Below, piece after piece: positions 31,172-39,399 of a stretch of DNA of 64,000 nucleotides. Below the pieces are notes generated by a model. It saw nothing but the letters and a program-made list of their open reading frames with translations, ran no database searches and was not told where the DNA came from. The DNA lies in assembly GCA_963654705.1 (NCBI GenBank), contig CAVKAO010000002.1:16806-80805 (forward strand), given 5' to 3'. This stretch comes from Oscillospiraceae bacterium. GTDB taxonomy: Bacteria > Bacillota_I > Bacilli_A > Erysipelotrichales > Erysipelotrichaceae. Both the position numbers and the translations under genes were made by a program. The first letter of the stretch is position 1; every line of letters begins with the position of its first letter.

Positions 31172-32466
31172 TAAAATATCTTCCTTCCCCTTACATACTT
31201 ATGTTTAATGCCACCCTTTAAATCAAGCGATAAATAGATAGCTCTTTCTAATCTTTCTAAAATGCTTAAATCAAGTGTCGTTTTAAGGCTACTATCATCT
31301 AGCACTAAAGCATCAAATTCATAGCCCTCCTTAAATGTACCGACATCACCAAAGAATTTACCACCAGCCATGGTAGCCAAATAAAATGCTTCATTAAAAT
31401 TTAGAGCTTTATATTTTTGATCTACACAACGCCAATATAATTTAGATACTTCAATTGTTTTAGTGATAGTCAAAAACATCGATTCGCTAGTGCCACCAGC
31501 CACATCGCTGCCCAAGCCCATATTCATATCCAAATCAAGATATTTTCTAATTGGTGCTATACCACTAGAAACATTCATATTGCTAGAAGGGCAATGCACT
31601 ACATAGACACCATTTTTCTTCATTAGTTTAATTTCTTCATCGCTAGAATATACACAATGAGCCATTAATGTTTTATATGACTTATAAGTGCCTAATGATT
31701 CATCGTAAGTTACTCCAAATAAACCATTTTGGTTGTAGGCATCGCCATAAAATTTAGCATGAGGACAAAGCTTTTTAACATATTCTATTTCGCTTAAGTT
31801 CTCCGATAAATGTGATTGTAAAGGTACATCATAAGATAGTAACAATTGACCAAGTTTAGATAATAATACATCACTGCAACTTGGAATAAAACGTGGTGTC
31901 ATTATTGGCTTAGTATTTTCAAAACACCCATCAGTCAACTTTAACCACTTTACCGTATCCTGGAAAGAATTATCTTCAACCAAGGGTTTAGGTGCGTCTC
32001 TATCCATATTAACCTTGCCAACATAACTAACTAAGCCACTTTTTTCAAGTTGTTTCATAAGTTCAATTGTTGCCTCTACGTGTCTGCTTGCGAATATAGA
32101 AAGTCTAGTAGTAGCACTCTTTTTAAGATCGTTTACAAATATTTTATAAGCTTTTTTAGCATAATCAAGATTTTCATATTTGCTTTCTTCTTTAAAAGCA
32201 ATATTATCAAGCCAATCTAATAATTCATAGTCAAATCCAAGTCCCCTAAAAGCATATTGAGGAGCGTGGATATGTAAATCAACCATACCTGGAATTATTA
32301 ATTGATTACCATAGTTAAATAATTCTAAACTTTCAAATTTACTAGGCAAATTCTTATATACGCCAGCACACTTGTTATTAACGCAAACTAAATAGCCATC
32401 AACAGTCTCAATCTTTTCTTTATCTTTTGAAAAGCAAATATTTCCCTTTAAAACAAAATCACTCAT
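31171..32466 (-). CDS. amidohydrolase-superfamily deaminase, guanine deaminase-like
   Basis: 431 aa with the metal motif DLHIHAPQY, plus downstream HLSE and GSD motifs. The ATG at 32466 lies 6 nt after TATAAT (32478-32473) with no usable SD. Confidence 0.6.
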   Translation of the reverse strand: MSDFVLKGNICFSKDKEKIETVDGYLVCVNNKCAGVYKNLPSKFESLELFNYGNQLIIPGMVDLHIHAPQYAFRGLGFDYELLDWLDNIAFKEESKYENLDYAKKAYKIFVNDLKKSATTRLSIFASRHVEATIELMKQLEKSGLVSYVGKVNMDRDAPKPLVEDNSFQDTVKWLKLTDGCFENTKPIMTPRFIPSCSDVLLSKLGQLLLSYDVPLQSHLSENLSEIEYVKKLCPHAKFYGDAYNQNGLFGVTYDESLGTYKSYKTLMAHCVYSSDEEIKLMKKNGVYVVHCPSSNMNVSSGIAPIRKYLDLDMNMGLGSDVAGGTSESMFLTITKTIEVSKLYWRCVDQKYKALNFNEAFYLATMAGGKFFGDVGTFKEGYEFDALVLDDSSLKTTLDLSILERLERAIYLSLDLKGGIKHKYVRGRKIF

Positions 32467-32503
32467 AGCCCTATTATAAAGTATTTATTTTTAAATGCAT
32501 TAT

Positions 32504-32529
32504 AAAAGGAACGTTTTAACGTTCCTTTT
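32504..32529. terminator. palindromic intrinsic terminator after the EF-G paralog
   Basis: AAAAGGAACG-TTTTAA-CGTTCCTTTT. Confidence 0.75.
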
Positions 32530-32531
32530 AT

Positions 32532-34538
32532 CTAATCTATATCGTCATTCTTTAGATCTTTTGCAGCAGCAGCAATAACTTTTTCCGCAACATTATTAGG
32601 AGCTGGTTCATAACGATCAAAGTCCATAACATAGGTACCTCTGCCCTTACTCATACTTCTAAGTTCAGTTGCATACTTTTGCATTTCAGCCATTGGCACC
32701 TCCGCATCAATAGTTGCATAACCATCTTCTGTATGACCAGTATCCATAATCATGCCTCTACGTTTATTAAAATCACCAATCAAATCACCAACATATTTTT
32801 CAGGAGTAATTACATGTACCTTACCAATTGGTTCTAACAAAATTGGATTAGCCTTAGGAATACCATTTTTAAAGGCAATCTTAGCAGCCGCTTCAAACGA
32901 ATTAGGCTTTGAATCAACCGGATGATATGAACCATCATATAAAGTAGCTTTTACATTAACAACCTTGCATCCAGCTAAAGGACCTTTAGCCATACAAGAT
33001 CTAAGTCCTGCTTCAACAGATGGGAAGAAATTCTTTGGAACCGATCCACCAAATACTTCTTCAGCAAATACTAAGTCTTCACTATCTGGATTATATTCAA
33101 ATCTAATCCAAACATCACCAAATTGGCCAGCACCACCATTTTGTTTCTTATATTTGCCTTGAACTTCTGATTTTCCTCTGATAGTTTCACGATATTGAAT
33201 CTTTGGTTCTTTTAAATTAATTTCAACCTTATAACGATTCTTTAATTTATTAACCACAACATCTAATTGTTGATCACCAACACAATACAACACTTGTTCG
33301 CCTGTTTCAGCATTTCTAACAAGTTTAATTGATTTATCTTCAATTAAAATCTTCTTTAAGGCATCAGACATCTTATCTTCATCATCCTTAGTCTTAGGAG
33401 AAATAGCCATGCCTAGCATTGGACGAGGATATTCAATTGCAGGATATTTAACCACAAAATCCTTAGTACATAATGTATCGCAAGTTTCCGATGAAGAAAG
33501 TTTAGTTAAGGCCACAATATCGCCACAATTAGCCTTATCAATAGCTTGTTGTGCTTTGCCACACATTGTATAGATAGCGCCAGCTTTTTCATTAACTTCC
33601 TTATTTGCATTATATAAAGGAGTTTGTAAAGTTAAACTACCAGACATAACCTTTAAAAGAGAAATCTTGCCAACAAAAGGATCAACAATTGTCTTAAATA
33701 TTTTTGCCGTAAATGGTGCATCATCACTAGTCTTAACAACCTTATCGTCAACTTCTACTTCACCAGTTTCACAATATACTGGCGCAAAAGAAACGATAAA
33801 ATCTAATATTTCACCAACACCATAGCCAGAAACAGCACAACCGCCTAATATTGGCTTGATTTCGCCATTCTTTAAGGCAGCCTTTAAACCAAATTTCTTT
33901 TCTTCTTTAGTGAAAGATTCACCCGCAAAGAACTTATCCATCATCTCATCATTAGTAGAAGCTACTACTTCCATGATTTCGTTATAGTATGGATCATTTT
34001 CATCATAGATAGTCTTTCTTACGCCAACCATCTTATTGCCATCCATTTCTGGAATCAAAAACGGTACAGCGCCCTTACCATAAACATCAGTAATACTTTG
34101 CGCAATCTCATCAAACTTCATGCCTTCATCAGCATTATTGATTAAAAAGCACATTGGAATGCCCATCTTAATTGCTAAATTAGCAGCTTTTTCGGTACCT
34201 GATTGTTGTCCTTCTTTTCCACTTACAAAGATAACAGCTAAATCAGCAACACTAGCACCAGATATCTTGTCACCCTCATAATCTAAGTATCCTGGTGTAT
34301 CAATGAAATTGATTTTTCTACCCTTCCATTGAATTGGTGCAAGAGAAGAATAAACCGATAAACCTCTTTTAGCTTCTTCAGGATCAAAATCCATGGCCAA
34401 AGTGCCATCAGAACTATTGCCCATTCTATCTATTTCATTTGTTAAAAGTAGTGCATTTTCAATAAAAGTAGATTTGCCACTACCAGCATGTCCTAATAAA
34501 ACGACATTACGAATATCTTTACTGTCATATTCTTTCAT
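32532..34538 (-). CDS. EF-G-like translational GTPase paralog with degenerate G motifs
   Basis: 668 aa with five-domain EF-G-like colinearity (YKKQNGGAGQFGDV, LYDGSYHPVDS). The G motifs deviate from canonical EF-G: G1 GHAGSGKST, switch I RGLSV (not RGITI), G3 DTPGY (not DTPGH) and G4 NNAD (not NKxD). Confidence 0.8.
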   Translation of the reverse strand: MKEYDSKDIRNVVLLGHAGSGKSTFIENALLLTNEIDRMGNSSDGTLAMDFDPEEAKRGLSVYSSLAPIQWKGRKINFIDTPGYLDYEGDKISGASVADLAVIFVSGKEGQQSGTEKAANLAIKMGIPMCFLINNADEGMKFDEIAQSITDVYGKGAVPFLIPEMDGNKMVGVRKTIYDENDPYYNEIMEVVASTNDEMMDKFFAGESFTKEEKKFGLKAALKNGEIKPILGGCAVSGYGVGEILDFIVSFAPVYCETGEVEVDDKVVKTSDDAPFTAKIFKTIVDPFVGKISLLKVMSGSLTLQTPLYNANKEVNEKAGAIYTMCGKAQQAIDKANCGDIVALTKLSSSETCDTLCTKDFVVKYPAIEYPRPMLGMAISPKTKDDEDKMSDALKKILIEDKSIKLVRNAETGEQVLYCVGDQQLDVVVNKLKNRYKVEINLKEPKIQYRETIRGKSEVQGKYKKQNGGAGQFGDVWIRFEYNPDSEDLVFAEEVFGGSVPKNFFPSVEAGLRSCMAKGPLAGCKVVNVKATLYDGSYHPVDSKPNSFEAAAKIAFKNGIPKANPILLEPIGKVHVITPEKYVGDLIGDFNKRRGMIMDTGHTEDGYATIDAEVPMAEMQKYATELRSMSKGRGTYVMDFDRYEPAPNNVAEKVIAAAAKDLKNDDID

Positions 34539-34539
34539 A

Positions 34540-35208
34540 TTAGAATTCGTCCTTTAACTCTTCAGGCACACCATCCCTAAAATAATCTTTGCAAGTCTTG
34601 CCGTTATTATCTTTAGCATTCTTATCAGCGCCTTTATTGATTAAATAAACAACCTCATCAACATTTCCTTGGTAGCAAGCTCTCATCAAAGCATCACAAC
34701 CCTTATTATCTTTAGCGTTGATATCAGCACCTTTTGCAAGTAATAAATGAACTGTATCTACCTTACCAGCATTAATCGCATCAATTAAAGCTGTTCTACC
34801 TTCTTCATCTTTAATTTCAAGATCAGCTCCCTTATCAATTAAATATTCAACAACATCACTTCTACCTTCATAACTAGCTCTGATTAATGCACTTCTTTGT
34901 TTATTATCTCTAGCATTAACATTGCTTCCAGCCTCAACTAGTAACTTAACTATATCTAGTTGTCCTTTTTTAGCAGCGCCCATTAAAGGTGTCTTATTTT
35001 CAACATCTCTGCTTCTTACATCAGCACCCTTATCTAGCAAATATTTAACAATCTCTGTATAGCCTCTTTTACTAGCTCTAGCCAATGCACTTCTTCCTTC
35101 AGTATTAGTTGTCTCAACATCAGCTCCTTCTTCTACATACTTCTTTACAGCTTCAAAGTCTCCTTGTTTTACTGCAGCGTAGAAATTTTTGTTTAATTCT
35201 TGTGTCAT
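34540..35208 (-). CDS. cytoplasmic ankyrin-repeat protein (about 6 repeats)
   Basis: Contains repeated G.(S/T)AL..A...G...VV.YL(I/L).KGAD(V/I)N..D units. I trimmed the start to the ATG at 35208 (MTQELNK), which follows an AAGGAGG SD. There is no signal peptide. The stop lies 1 nt before the EF-G paralog ATG. Confidence 0.85.
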   Translation of the reverse strand: MTQELNKNFYAAVKQGDFEAVKKYVEEGADVETTNTEGRSALARASKRGYTEIVKYLLDKGADVRSRDVENKTPLMGAAKKGQLDIVKLLVEAGSNVNARDNKQRSALIRASYEGRSDVVEYLIDKGADLEIKDEEGRTALIDAINAGKVDTVHLLLAKGADINAKDNKGCDALMRACYQGNVDEVVYLINKGADKNAKDNNGKTCKDYFRDGVPEELKDEF

Positions 35209-35235
35209 GATTTTATCCTCCTTATGATAAAAAAA

Positions 35236-35255
35236 GAACGCACACAAACGCGTTC
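35236..35255 (-). terminator. intrinsic terminator inside the ankyrin/EF-G leader
   Basis: Minus strand reads GAACGCG-TTTGTG-TGCGTTC followed by seven T, ending about 10 nt before the ankyrin SD. Confidence 0.55.
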
Positions 35256-35346
35256 ATATTAAAGAATCAATTTTAAGCAAAACATCCCCTTGGGCATTTA
35301 CCCTATCGTTTTGAAATAGTAGTTTCATTATATTGTTTGCTTTCAT
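35254..35346 (-). CDS. candidate 30-codon leader ORF (MKANNIMKLLFQNDRVNAQGDVLLKIDSLI)
   Basis: My own translation of the leader. A weak AAGG SD precedes it. Its TGA stop overlaps the first two nt of the terminator stem. An open frame of this length could arise by chance. Confidence 0.35.
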   Translation of the reverse strand: MKANNIMKLLFQNDRVNAQGDVLLKIDSLI

Positions 35347-35365
35347 ATTCTTTTACCTTGACTTA

Positions 35366-35394
35366 ATTATAGTAAGTTAATTTTCCAAGTACAA
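35366..35394 (-). promoter_or_regulatory. promoter TTGTAC-17 nt-TATAAT for the ankyrin/EF-G leader
   Basis: Hexamers at 35394-35389 and 35371-35366 on the minus strand. Confidence 0.6.
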
Positions 35395-35458
35395 TAAAAT
35401 TGCTTGAAAAAAGATTGCTAAAATGTAACCGTTTTCATTTTTACTCAAAAAAATGAAA

Positions 35459-35481
35459 AATCTCTAGACAAACTAGAGATT
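35459..35481 (-). terminator. intrinsic terminator after the DUF45 gene
   Basis: Minus strand reads AATCTCTAG-TTTGT-CTAGAGATT followed by a T-rich tract. Confidence 0.75.
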
Positions 35482-35493
35482 CTGTGTTTGATT

Positions 35494-36165
35494 TTAGTAA
35501 ATGCTTTTGATTACAGTCTCATAATTGGGCATGTGATAACTTAATACTTCATGAAATCTTTTAGAATGATTTGGTATGACAAAATGCAGTATTTCATGCC
35601 ACAATACCGCCTCAAGACATTGATCAGAAAAGTGAATCAATCTTTCATTAATGGTAATTAGATTTTTTTTAGGATAGTTTATGCCCCAAGCTGATTTCAT
35701 AATCCTAAACTTGTAATCAGGATTATTATAGTAGCCATAATCTTTTATAACTTTAAGATATTTATTTTCTTTTTCCTTTATTAGTTTAAATAAAACCTTG
35801 CTTCCTTCTTTATATAAAACCTTTAAAACCTCATCTATATCGTTTTTCCTTGAATAGATTGTTAAAGTATCGTTCTCAACATTAATTCTAGGATTACCAT
35901 AAACAACATTTAGCTTATATTTTTTTCCTAAATAATAAATATAATCATTCACAACCAATTTACTAGTTTGATTTTTAATCTCTCTTTTATTATTAGCGTT
36001 AATTATCCAAGAACTCTTTGCATTAATAAAATCAAGAATCTCGTTCTTGCCTAAGTATTTAGGACAAGTAACTTCAAGCACATCGCCCTTGATTCTTAAA
36101 TAAATATTTTTAATATTTTTTCTAACTACTTTAATTTCAAAATATGTGTCACCAATTTTTATCAT
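35494..36165 (-). CDS. YgjP-like (DUF45/WLM-type) zinc metallopeptidase
   Basis: 223 aa with the HEILH zinc motif near the C-terminus and a YgjP-like length. Confidence 0.65.
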   Translation of the reverse strand: MIKIGDTYFEIKVVRKNIKNIYLRIKGDVLEVTCPKYLGKNEILDFINAKSSWIINANNKREIKNQTSKLVVNDYIYYLGKKYKLNVVYGNPRINVENDTLTIYSRKNDIDEVLKVLYKEGSKVLFKLIKEKENKYLKVIKDYGYYNNPDYKFRIMKSAWGINYPKKNLITINERLIHFSDQCLEAVLWHEILHFVIPNHSKRFHEVLSYHMPNYETVIKSIY

Positions 36166-36194
36166 GCATCTATAATTATATACGAGGTGAATTC

Positions 36195-37139
36195 ATGAAT
36201 ATAAGTCTTTTAGAACCAATAGGAATAAGTAAGGAAGAAGTTAATAAACTAGCTAAGCCAATTGTCAAGTTAGGTCATAGTTTTACTTACTATGACAATA
36301 AAACAGCCGATATAGACACACTAATTAAAAGAAGCGCAAATCAAGATATCGTAATGATCGCTAATAACCCTTATCCAAAAGAAGTAATTGAAAATTGTCC
36401 TAGATTAAAAATGATTGCCGTAGCCTTTACAGGTATTGATCATGTTGATGAAGATGCTTGTAAAGAAAGGGGTATTGAAATTGTTAATTGTGGTGGCTAC
36501 TCTGATGTAGCGGTAAGTGAACTAGTTATTGGCTTAACTATCGATTTGCTAAGAAAGGTAAAGGAAGCTGATATAGCGACTAGAAATAATAAAAACAGCA
36601 TAGGTCTTATAGGAAATGAGCTAAACGGTAAAACCGTTGGTATTATAGGCTGTGGCAAAATAGGTAAGAAAACAGCCACTTTATTTAAAGCCTTTGGATG
36701 CAAACTACTAGGCTATTCTAGAAGCCCTATTAACTTTGAATTTATTAAACAAGTCGATATTGACACCCTTCTTAAAGAAAGCGATGTGATTTCTTTACAT
36801 TTACCAAGTAATAAAGAAACTTATCATTTTATTGATGAAGAAAAGATAAACAAGATGAAAAAAGAGGCACTTTTTATAAATTGCGCAAGAGGTCCTATTG
36901 TTGATAATATTGTCTTAGCTAATGCTTTAAATAATAAAAAAATAGGTGGAGCAGGAATCGATGTTTATGACATAGAACCGCCTCTACCTATTGATTATCC
37001 TTTATTAAATGCCAAAAACACTATTCTCACTCCCCATGTAGCTTATTTAACTAAAGAGGCTATGATAAAAAGAGCGAATATTGAATTTGACAATGTTCTT
37101 AATTATTTAAACAAGATCTCTTCTAACAAATCTTGCTAA
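36195..37139 (+). CDS. D-isomer-specific 2-hydroxyacid dehydrogenase
   Basis: NAD-binding motif GIIGCGKIGKK, then CARGPIVD and the catalytic His in TPHVAY. I trimmed the start to the ATG at 36195, which follows a GAGGTG SD. Confidence 0.85.
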   Translation: MNISLLEPIGISKEEVNKLAKPIVKLGHSFTYYDNKTADIDTLIKRSANQDIVMIANNPYPKEVIENCPRLKMIAVAFTGIDHVDEDACKERGIEIVNCGGYSDVAVSELVIGLTIDLLRKVKEADIATRNNKNSIGLIGNELNGKTVGIIGCGKIGKKTATLFKAFGCKLLGYSRSPINFEFIKQVDIDTLLKESDVISLHLPSNKETYHFIDEEKINKMKKEALFINCARGPIVDNIVLANALNNKKIGGAGIDVYDIEPPLPIDYPLLNAKNTILTPHVAYLTKEAMIKRANIEFDNVLNYLNKISSNKSC

Positions 37140-37697
37140 GCCTATTACTTTTACAGGCAATGATTCAATCTCGTCTTTACTAAAGAATTTAGATTCATAA
37201 TTAGGATTGCTTGCTTCAAGTATCATAAGTTCATTCTTGTAATGAACTTTTTTAATAGTCACCTCATCGCCTACCATCACAATGCCAATTTGACCACTTT
37301 TTATATAATCACATTTTTCAACATAGACCAAATCACCATCAAAAATATTTGAGCCAATCATTGAATCACCTTTAACGCGTAAAAAGTAGTCACCCTTAAG
37401 CGCATCAGCCTCACCAAGTTCAATATAGCCTTCAATGTTTTCATCCGCTAATAAGTCATATCCTGCCTTAACAAACCCCATTATTGGTTTTAATCTTTGG
37501 CTTTCTTCAACAACTAAATCAACATTTAAACCAAGCACTTTAGACAGCCTATCAATAGTACCTTTTTTAAGCTTTAAACTTTCACCATTTATCCACCTAT
37601 AGTAAGTAGATAAAGAAACACCAACCTCAGAGGCAACATCAATATGAGACTTGTTGTTATCTGATTCATATTTTAAAAGTAATTGTTTTAGTTCCAT
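37107..37697 (-). CDS. LexA-like self-cleaving repressor (HTH-XRE plus S24 peptidase), HdiR-like
   Basis: It has an N-terminal HTH, an Ala-Gly cleavage site (VKAGY), the GDSM serine motif and a downstream Lys (TIKK). It is divergent from a Y-family polymerase gene. Confidence 0.8.
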   Translation of the reverse strand: MELKQLLLKYESDNNKSHIDVASEVGVSLSTYYRWINGESLKLKKGTIDRLSKVLGLNVDLVVEESQRLKPIMGFVKAGYDLLADENIEGYIELGEADALKGDYFLRVKGDSMIGSNIFDGDLVYVEKCDYIKSGQIGIVMVGDEVTIKKVHYKNELMILEASNPNYESKFFSKDEIESLPVKVIGLARFVRRDLV

Positions 37698-37771
37698 ATC
37701 TATATATTAACAAATTTCTATGATTTTAAAAAAATAATTTATAAAATTAGTACGATTTTCCCAAATCTATC

Positions 37772-37800
37772 TTGTTTATACGAAAAACACTTCCTATAAT
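37772..37800 (+). promoter_or_regulatory. promoter TTGTTT-17 nt-TATAAT for the Y-family polymerase gene
   Basis: The -10 ends 6 nt before ATG 37807 and there is no SD. The spacer contains ACGAAAAACACTTC, a possible operator. Confidence 0.55.
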
Positions 37801-37806
37801 AAAAAC

Positions 37807-39063
37807 ATGGAAAAAATATATATGTGTATCGATCTTAAATCCTTTTACGCTTCTGTTGAATGTGCCGAAAGAGGATTAGATCCTTTTAAAATAAATCTTG
37901 TTGTAGCCGATCCAAGCAGAGGACAAGGGGCTATCACCCTAGCAGCTAGTCCAGCAATTAAAAAATTAGGTGTTAAAAGTAGAGGCCGACTTTTTGAAAT
38001 ACCAAAGAATATTGAATATATTATCGCTAAACCAAGAATGTCTTTGTATATGGAATATTCAGCTAGAATATATAAGATTATTCTTAAATATATTAGCAGC
38101 GAAGACATCTATGTTTATTCAATTGATGAATGCTTCATTGATGCCTCTCCCTATTTAAAACTGTATAAGATGTCTGTAAAAGATTTAGCCAAGCTGATTT
38201 TAAAAGATATCTTTAATAGCACAGCTATCACAGCTACCGTTGGTATTGGGACCAATCTATTTCTTAGTAAAGTTGCTTTAGATATAACAGCTAAACATGT
38301 AGAAGATAACATTGGCTATTTAGATGAAGATGTTTTTAAACAAACACTTTGGCACCATACCCCTCTTACTGATTTTTGGATGATTGGAATAGGAACGGTG
38401 AATAGACTACAAAGACTGGGTATTAAGGATTTATATGGTGTTGCCCACTATGATAAAACGATTCTAGAAAAAGTTTTTGGTATAAATGCTAGGATTTTAT
38501 ACGATCACGCTTGGGGAAAAGAAGAAACACAAATTAGTGATATTAAACAATACGTTCCAAAAGGCAGTTCATTATCTAATTCACAAATCCTTTTTGAAGA
38601 CTACAACTGCGAAGATGCTTATTTGGTATTAAAGGAAATGGTTGAATTAAATACTTTAAATATGCGTAATAAGCATGTAGTATCAAATCACATTTCCTTG
38701 TATATTGGCTATTCAAAGGATGTTATAAAGCCTGTTAATGTATCTAAAAAAATTGATAATACTACCAATTCTAATAAGATACTATCTCAAGAATTTAAAA
38801 AGTTATATGAAAAAGCAGTAAACAAAAATTATCCAATTAGAAAAATAGGAATAAGCTTTTCTAATGTAAAAGATGAATATTTTGAACAATATAATCTATT
38901 TATTGATCAAGATAAAGTTGAAGAAGAAAGAAAAATACAGGATGCCTTTATCACTGTTCAAAAAAAGTATGGTAAAAACGCCATTCTTAAGGGATATAAC
39001 CTGCTAGATAAGGCAACAACAATGAAAAGAAATACACTTATAGGAGGTCACAATGCAAAGTAG
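37807..39063 (+). CDS. Y-family (UmuC/ImpB-type) translesion DNA polymerase
   Basis: CIDLKSFYASVE and SIDECFID catalytic motifs. 418 aa. Confidence 0.9.
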   Translation: MEKIYMCIDLKSFYASVECAERGLDPFKINLVVADPSRGQGAITLAASPAIKKLGVKSRGRLFEIPKNIEYIIAKPRMSLYMEYSARIYKIILKYISSEDIYVYSIDECFIDASPYLKLYKMSVKDLAKLILKDIFNSTAITATVGIGTNLFLSKVALDITAKHVEDNIGYLDEDVFKQTLWHHTPLTDFWMIGIGTVNRLQRLGIKDLYGVAHYDKTILEKVFGINARILYDHAWGKEETQISDIKQYVPKGSSLSNSQILFEDYNCEDAYLVLKEMVELNTLNMRNKHVVSNHISLYIGYSKDVIKPVNVSKKIDNTTNSNKILSQEFKKLYEKAVNKNYPIRKIGISFSNVKDEYFEQYNLFIDQDKVEEERKIQDAFITVQKKYGKNAILKGYNLLDKATTMKRNTLIGGHNAK

Positions 39064-39358
39064 AGCGCATATTTTCCAAGCCTTTGATGCCCTTAGTGGT
39101 CATCGTGAGCTTTTAGAAAAACAAGAGGCTATTGAAGTGCCTAAAAGATACTTATCACAAGAAGATTACGAAAGCCTAGATAGCACTATTAAAGAAGTGG
39201 AAATAGGAAACAATGTTAGAGTTGTTTATTACGATAATGGTAAATATATTGAAAGAGTTGGTAGAGTAGCTAAGCTAAATTTCGATACCAAAATAATTCA
39301 AGTAGTAAAAACTAAAATTGATTTTAAAAACTTATTTGAAATACAAATTGTGAAGTAA
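39053..39358 (+). CDS. YolD-like accessory protein
   Basis: 101 aa. It overlaps the polymerase stop by 11 nt, and its size and position match yolD/yqzH-type partners of Gram-positive UmuC homologs. Confidence 0.6.
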   Translation: MQSRAHIFQAFDALSGHRELLEKQEAIEVPKRYLSQEDYESLDSTIKEVEIGNNVRVVYYDNGKYIERVGRVAKLNFDTKIIQVVKTKIDFKNLFEIQIVK

Positions 39359-39388
39359 AAGAAAAGCTCCTATTTCTAGAAGCTTCTT
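39359..39388 (-). terminator. possible terminator downstream of the tRNA-His
   Basis: Imperfect hairpin AAGAAGCT...AGCTTTTCTT on the minus strand, followed by a T-rich tract. Confidence 0.35.
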
Positions 39389-39399
39389 AAAAACTAATT

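Noticed and set aside
32532-34538. Calling the EF-G paralog a Tet(M)/Tet(O)-type tetracycline ribosomal protection protein
   Set aside because: The domain IV and G' region motifs I can read look EF-G-like rather than Tet(M)-like, and the G motifs differ from both. No resistance claim can be made without an alignment or phylogeny.
37107-37139. 33-nt convergent overlap of the dehydrogenase and repressor 3' ends (and the 8-nt MocR/hicB overlap at 44526-44533)
   Set aside because: These are real in the sequence. However, short convergent overlaps are common in compact AT-rich genomes, and I see no specific functional implication.
37698-37806. Canonical Gram-positive LexA box (CGAAC-N4-GTTCG) in the repressor/polymerase intergenic region
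   Set aside because: The best match, CGAAAAACACTTCC, has three mismatches in conserved positions. I report it only as a possible cassette-specific operator, not as a LexA box.
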